Below are positions 59,319 through 64,000 of a stretch of DNA of 64,000 nt, one piece after another. Numbering within the stretch: the first letter of the stretch is position 1; the number at the start of each line of letters is the position of its first letter. Origin of the DNA: Armatimonadota bacterium. GTDB lineage: Bacteria > Armatimonadota > UBA5829 > DTLH01. The position numbers and the translations under genes are program-made. The stretch covers positions 121,954 through 185,953 of the forward strand of contig JBDKUN010000028.1 in assembly GCA_039679675.1 (NCBI GenBank), in the 5' to 3' direction. The notes under the pieces were generated by a model, which saw nothing but the letters and a program-made list of their open reading frames with translations, was not told the origin of the DNA and did not search any database.

Positions 59319-60089
59319 TTATTTAGCTTCCGGGTAAGATCCAAGCACTCGAACGAAGGGCGATTGGTCGCTCAACTTTGAAACAGCCCTCTCCAGGGGC
59401 TCATCTGTTATATGGCCCTTTATCTCGATAAAGACCCAGGGCGTTTGTTTTATGAGACGGGACTCGATCACTGTTATATCAGCCATTTTATCGTCGAATG
59501 TCGCTTTACGCGGCATCGAAAGAACGATAGCTGTCTTATCTCTACCGCTTGGGTTCGTTATGCCGGTGCCGATAACAAAAAACCTGTTTTGGTCCTCAAC
59601 TAACTCTGCGATGATGTTGAGATCAGAAACAACAAGCCTCTCAAGTGTATTATCGACAATTCCTTCAGTAGAATTCTCAATGGGGATGACACCATAGCTC
59701 GCACTTTTACGTTCGACGGCACCAAAGACATCCGCTATCGACTCAAGAGAGACAAAGCCGGTCGAATTACCGAACTGATGGACACTTGCGATATGGGCAG
59801 AGCTTCCAGCCGGGCCCGGATAAGCGACAAAAATCGGTTTTTCGAGTGCGCGGCAGGCTGAGATGATCTCCCGGTAGATTGCCTTTATGGATTTGTCCAC
59901 AAGCGGCCCCTTGTTATGTAAAAAGACGCTTTCAAGCACCTGCAGTTCACGCTCCGGTGCAAATATACCTCTCGCGTTCGATTCCTTGAGCTTACTTGCG
60001 TCAAGTGCGAACTTAGCACGCCTGTTAATCAGCTTGACAAGCTCTCTGTCTATCCTGTCTATCTTTTTTCGGATATCATCTATGTCCAT
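59319..60089 (-). CDS. Chorismate mutase fused to an internally deleted prephenate dehydratase/ACT (pheA-like)
   Basis: IRKKIDRIDRELVKLINRRA (CM), YGVIPIENSTEG, VLGSYP; only about 256 aa. Confidence 0.85.
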   Translation of the reverse strand: MDIDDIRKKIDRIDRELVKLINRRAKFALDASKLKESNARGIFAPERELQVLESVFLHNKGPLVDKSIKAIYREIISACRALEKPIFVAYPGPAGSSAHIASVHQFGNSTGFVSLESIADVFGAVERKSASYGVIPIENSTEGIVDNTLERLVVSDLNIIAELVEDQNRFFVIGTGITNPSGRDKTAIVLSMPRKATFDDKMADITVIESRLIKQTPWVFIEIKGHITDEPLERAVSKLSDQSPFVRVLGSYPEAK

Positions 60090-60153
60090 TTTCAGTAATG
60101 CTGCCGGCAAACATTACTGTCAGTTTCTCCATAGATCGTGCTGATTAAAGCTG

Positions 60154-61464
60154 TTACTCTCGAAACATTTCACGGTCTACTTCGCCTATCGTGTAGAATG
60201 ACCCTGTGACGAGCACCAGGTCGTCTTCGGATGCCGAATCAAGCGCGGCCTGTACGGCGGCGGGGACCGGCTCCACTATCCGTACATTCGGGGTTGTCTT
60301 GAGCGCGGCGGAGGCCACTTCAACGGCGGGACGTGCCTTGTCCCACTGAGATTTTGTGGCGATGACCTCATCGGCAATCGGCGCGAGTATTTTCAGAACT
60401 TCCTCTGCCGAGTGTGTAGAGAGCATCCCGATCACAAGTATCAGTTTTCGATACTTGAAATACTTCGGGACGGACTCTGCGAGCTTTTTTGCCCCGTCCG
60501 GGTTGTGCGCGGCGTCTATCACCACCGTCGGCTTCCTTCGGAGCACCTCAAGCCTCCCCGGAAGATATGCTTCAGTAAGACCTTTTTCGATTGCTGCGTG
60601 AGACACAGGGTTCGGAAGCGCCGATACTGCTGCTGCGGATACAGCGGCATTCACAGCCTGGAAATCCCCGGCAAGCCTGAGCTCGACAGGGCCGATCTGC
60701 CCGTCGGGAAGATCGATGACGACTTTCCCGTCCTGGTTATCGTAGTAAACGGTTTTATCAGGCTGTGGCAAATCAGGCGGGGACATAGTGCCTTTTTTCA
60801 TCACCCGCCATATTTGTTCGACCCCTTGTTCCCTTGCTGTAGCGTAAATCGTCTGCCAGGCTTCGTCACTGGCGGCTGTCACGAGGGGCGCGCCCGGTTT
60901 GGCTATACCGGACTTGTCCCAGGCTATCTGCTGGACTGTGTTTCCAAGCCGTTCGGTATGGTCCAGCGTGACGTTCGTGATAACTGACACGAGCGGGGTC
61001 ACAAGGTTGGTCGCGTCGTACCTCCCGCCCATACCGACCTCTATTACCGAGTAGTCCAGCTTCTTTTTCGCGAAGTAGAGGAACGCCATGAGCGTTTTGG
61101 CTTCGAACTCAGTGCCGTTTCCGAGTTCCGTCTGGGCTACCGCCTCGATGTGCGGCTTTATCTCAGTCATCAGCTCGGCGAAATCGTCTTTCGGGATCAT
61201 TTCGCCGTTTATCTGTATCCTCTCCCTCACATCATAGACATAAGGGGAGAGATATGTGCCGGTACTGAACCCCGCTGCATGCAGGATCGATGTGATGAAG
61301 GTGCATGTCGAGCCTTTTCCGTTCGTTCCGCCGACATGTATGACCTTGAGCGAGTCCTGAGGGCTGCCGGTCCGCCTGCAAAGCTCCGCGAAGCGTTCCA
61401 ACCCGAGCTTTATACCGAATGCGCGAAGCCCGGACAGATATTCTATTGCCTGATCGTAATTCAT
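60154..61464 (-). CDS. folC: Folylpolyglutamate/dihydrofolate synthase
   Basis: IHVGGTNGKGS, EVGMGGRYDATN, DAAHNP, TGSFY. Confidence 0.96.
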   Translation of the reverse strand: MNYDQAIEYLSGLRAFGIKLGLERFAELCRRTGSPQDSLKVIHVGGTNGKGSTCTFITSILHAAGFSTGTYLSPYVYDVRERIQINGEMIPKDDFAELMTEIKPHIEAVAQTELGNGTEFEAKTLMAFLYFAKKKLDYSVIEVGMGGRYDATNLVTPLVSVITNVTLDHTERLGNTVQQIAWDKSGIAKPGAPLVTAASDEAWQTIYATAREQGVEQIWRVMKKGTMSPPDLPQPDKTVYYDNQDGKVVIDLPDGQIGPVELRLAGDFQAVNAAVSAAAVSALPNPVSHAAIEKGLTEAYLPGRLEVLRRKPTVVIDAAHNPDGAKKLAESVPKYFKYRKLILVIGMLSTHSAEEVLKILAPIADEVIATKSQWDKARPAVEVASAALKTTPNVRIVEPVPAAVQAALDSASEDDLVLVTGSFYTIGEVDREMFRE

Positions 61465-61478
61465 GTTCTAACTGAATC

Positions 61479-62117
61479 CTAAATCTTCTCTTTCTTTCCC
61501 ATTATAGGCACTGGGTGCAGTATATATGCATCGGTCACTGCGCTGAAGGCTGCCGGTAACTCGCGGACTTTCGATCTGAACGCTCCTGTCCATTTGCCGG
61601 GAACGCCGTAAGCCTCCACACCGAGCTTTTCACAGATAAAAAGAGCGCGGTCCATGTGGAACCGCTGGGTTACGATTATCATACGGCCTTGTCCGAAAAT
61701 GTGTTTAGCTCTGTAGACTGAGTCGTAGGTCCGCCTTCCGGCAAAGTCCATAACGACATCGGCTGCCGGAACACCCTGCGAGATCGCATAGTCTGCCATC
61801 TTCTTGGGCTCGTTATAATGGCTGAACCGGTTATCGCCGGACATCAGGAGCTTTTCGGCCTTGCCTGCCTTATACAGTCCGATGGCCGTATCGACTCTGT
61901 CCTTGAGGAGCCCCGACAATTGGCCGTTCTTAAGGACTCTGGCACCAAGCACAAGTGCGACTTTGCACTTCGGCACCTTGTTGATATCTGTGTAAACTCG
62001 CCCGCGCGCTGTGCTATGCACCCACACTCTGGCGCCACCCATCATAATACAGATGAGGCAGGCCAGAATCAGCAGAACTTTGATAAGTTTTCTGGTTCGT
62101 TTTCGTTGTTTGCTCAT
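61479..62117 (-). CDS. SanA/YdcF (DUF218) family protein
   Basis: ALVLGA, LMSGDN, DFAGRRTYDS, TQRFHMDRA. Confidence 0.9.
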   Translation of the reverse strand: MSKQRKRTRKLIKVLLILACLICIMMGGARVWVHSTARGRVYTDINKVPKCKVALVLGARVLKNGQLSGLLKDRVDTAIGLYKAGKAEKLLMSGDNRFSHYNEPKKMADYAISQGVPAADVVMDFAGRRTYDSVYRAKHIFGQGRMIIVTQRFHMDRALFICEKLGVEAYGVPGKWTGAFRSKVRELPAAFSAVTDAYILHPVPIMGKKEKI

Positions 62118-62179
62118 GTTTGATACTACTCTGCATGCTGTCTTATATGACATTATACACTCTGAAAAACGGCTATTGA

Positions 62180-63499
62180 TTATATAAGCGATTGCGCTAA
62201 AACCCGCAAACCGTCATCGGCATCATAAACAGACTCTTCAATCAGCCACTCTGGAAGATCACTGATGCTGTGCATTGACTCAACACTACTAGCCCTGCAC
62301 ATTGAGCATGGAGACTGGTTATAGACAAGCATCAAAGCTGGCAGAAGCTCCGGCAGCGGATTCTCCTTAAAAACATCCAGCGTATCACAGCATATTGTAT
62401 GCAAAGAATCGGGATCTTTCTCACTATTTAGAAGAGTTTCGATAAATTCGTAATCTCCAGGTGCATAATTTTCCTTAAGAAATCTTACTGCGCGCCATGC
62501 TTTTTCCGGTTGTTCATACCACTCAAAAAACAGCCTTCGGACTTCAGGATATTCCATGTCGGATAGAATTTTCCTCGCGCGATTTTGTATGAACTCATCT
62601 TCAGAGTCAAGAAAAGCCATGAGATGTATTGGTTCTAGAGGGAACTCCCGTGTCATGAACATTCTGAGATACGTTTTTATGTCTTTCGGGCTAGAAGCAC
62701 CGATAAGCTCTTCTGCCACCTTTATCAGCTCTTCTTCGGGGGCTTGTTTAGCCCAAAACCCGAGTTTGGTAGGTTCCACTTTCTTTGCTTCTTCCCAGGT
62801 AAGTTCTTCCAGCCCTTCCCGGCGGCTCTGCGAATCAACACGCATAATGTGCTCTCGAACCAGTAGAACTTCCTCCGTTGTAAAAGACGGAGAATATGGA
62901 TAATTGGCAATTGACAGCGCCGCTGCTATATTTTTATTTTCTGCAGCAGCTTTTACTAAAGCGGAATGCACTTCATCGGCACCGGCAATACCCTCTGCCT
63001 CTTCAATAAGCCACTGGCTGATGTAATCTTCATATTCTGCGGCTCCGAGCACATCCAGCACGTAAAGCAGCCCGTTTATACCGTCTATCCTGATCAGCGC
63101 GTAATCTCCACAGTAATCCTCATACTTTGTATCATTTTTGGCAAATTTCTGGTAAGCAACTTCGCGGGCACGTTCATAGCCGGCTTCTGCGAAGATTACT
63201 GCGAAATCGAAGAGCTGGAGTGCATCCGCGCAATCTGTGACATCCACAAGGGCATCGATGATTTTTTCTCTGTAATAGTCTTCTTCCCCGGAATGTTTGA
63301 TCAAAGAATACAAATACTCAGCTCGTTTGCATTCCGTTTGTGGGTCGAATATCCTGTTATGAAGAGCCTCATCGAGAATAATGTCGCGGTACTGACGAAG
63401 GTCCTCTTGAAGCAGGTAATGCACAGCCCGCCCCATTCCTGCATGGAGCAGCTTCGGCAGTGAATCTTCGTCTATTGGTGGTCTTTCGCTATTTATCAC
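62180..63499 (-). CDS. Hypothetical helical-repeat protein
   Basis: 439-aa acidic ORF, GMGRA...DPQTE..RAEY and PCSMCR motifs. Confidence 0.65.
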   Translation of the reverse strand: MINSERPPIDEDSLPKLLHAGMGRAVHYLLQEDLRQYRDIILDEALHNRIFDPQTECKRAEYLYSLIKHSGEEDYYREKIIDALVDVTDCADALQLFDFAVIFAEAGYERAREVAYQKFAKNDTKYEDYCGDYALIRIDGINGLLYVLDVLGAAEYEDYISQWLIEEAEGIAGADEVHSALVKAAAENKNIAAALSIANYPYSPSFTTEEVLLVREHIMRVDSQSRREGLEELTWEEAKKVEPTKLGFWAKQAPEEELIKVAEELIGASSPKDIKTYLRMFMTREFPLEPIHLMAFLDSEDEFIQNRARKILSDMEYPEVRRLFFEWYEQPEKAWRAVRFLKENYAPGDYEFIETLLNSEKDPDSLHTICCDTLDVFKENPLPELLPALMLVYNQSPCSMCRASSVESMHSISDLPEWLIEESVYDADDGLRVLAQSLI

Positions 63500-63588
63500 G
63501 TTATATTTATACCTGTAGATGAAATTGGGATCATTATACCCGACGTAAGGCTGCTTGGGTAGTGCTCAGCGCAAGTAGTCCTAAAGCA

Positions 63589-63836
63589 TTCTGAATCGCG
63601 AAATGCGCGAAGCATTGTTAATTTCTCGACACCTACGGTGTCGGCTTCGGTGGCAAGCAAGCCGAAGCAAAGTAAAGATGCGAAAAGGGATTGGTGAAGG
63701 CTTGAGGATATTGTTGTAGATACTTTAAGCCTCTACCATTCGTGAAATCCGCTAGATCCGTGTAATCCGCGTTTCAAAATGACGGATAGTGGATGCCGAT
63801 AGAAAAACGGAAGCGGCAGCTTCCGCAATCCAAAGA
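63589..63836 (+). repeat. ~250-bp structured intergenic repeat, copy B
   Basis: Homologous to 6107-6352. Confidence 0.9.
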
Positions 63837-64000
63837 AATTCCCTCATTTAGACGCGTTTGCCCTGCGTGCTCGACGTATTGCCTCACATAAAAATCGTAC
63901 CATAGCGCAGGTCGTTGCCTCACGAAGAATCGTACCGTGTGAGGCACCGTTGCGTGTTACTGATGCAGTGTATCATAAAGCTCCTTTACAAGTTGATTGA

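Noticed and set aside
1596..63463. Long antisense or alternate-frame ORFs (e.g. 1596-2516, 15881-16726, 24933-25805, 37568-38413, 41560-42801, 45466-46608)
   Set aside because: Shadows of well-supported genes, with no recognisable motifs.
1..64000. CRISPR array, rRNA or tRNA genes
   Set aside because: No regularly spaced identical repeats with unique spacers, no cas genes, and no recognisable rRNA or tRNA signatures by eye.

Overview
Bacterial chromosomal window, mostly housekeeping genes. The lineage is inferred only: TolC/RND genes together with a Firmicutes/Actinobacteria-type LexA box, a LysM-G5 protein and a DUF2993-like protein would fit a diderm Terrabacteria such as Armatimonadota. 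It contains pyrK-pyrD-pyrF, lacI-family, trxB-ahbAB-DUF255, rsgA, uvrA/uvrC, an ECF sigma/anti-sigma/HtrA-like triad, a glycosyltransferase-rmlACB cluster, nrdR-nrdJ, araB, an AbrB-ABC-LolA-TolC-MFP-RND operon, a degenerate pheA, folC and sanA. AT-richer accessory genes are inserted between them. The most interesting signals are mostly non-coding: (1) a DUF3800-like gene with a convergent three-hairpin small RNA that has its own promoter and terminator; (2) a leader peptide and nested hairpin upstream of rsgA; (3) a structured leader and no canonical start codon for trxB; (4) a ~250-bp covarying repeat present twice, plus dispersed copies of its termini; (5) a REP-flanked RAYT transposase; (6) an HtrA-like protein lacking its catalytic His and carrying an STN-like tail next to the ECF/anti-sigma pair. 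I saw no rRNA, tRNA or CRISPR array. All family calls are by-eye motif recognition, not database results.
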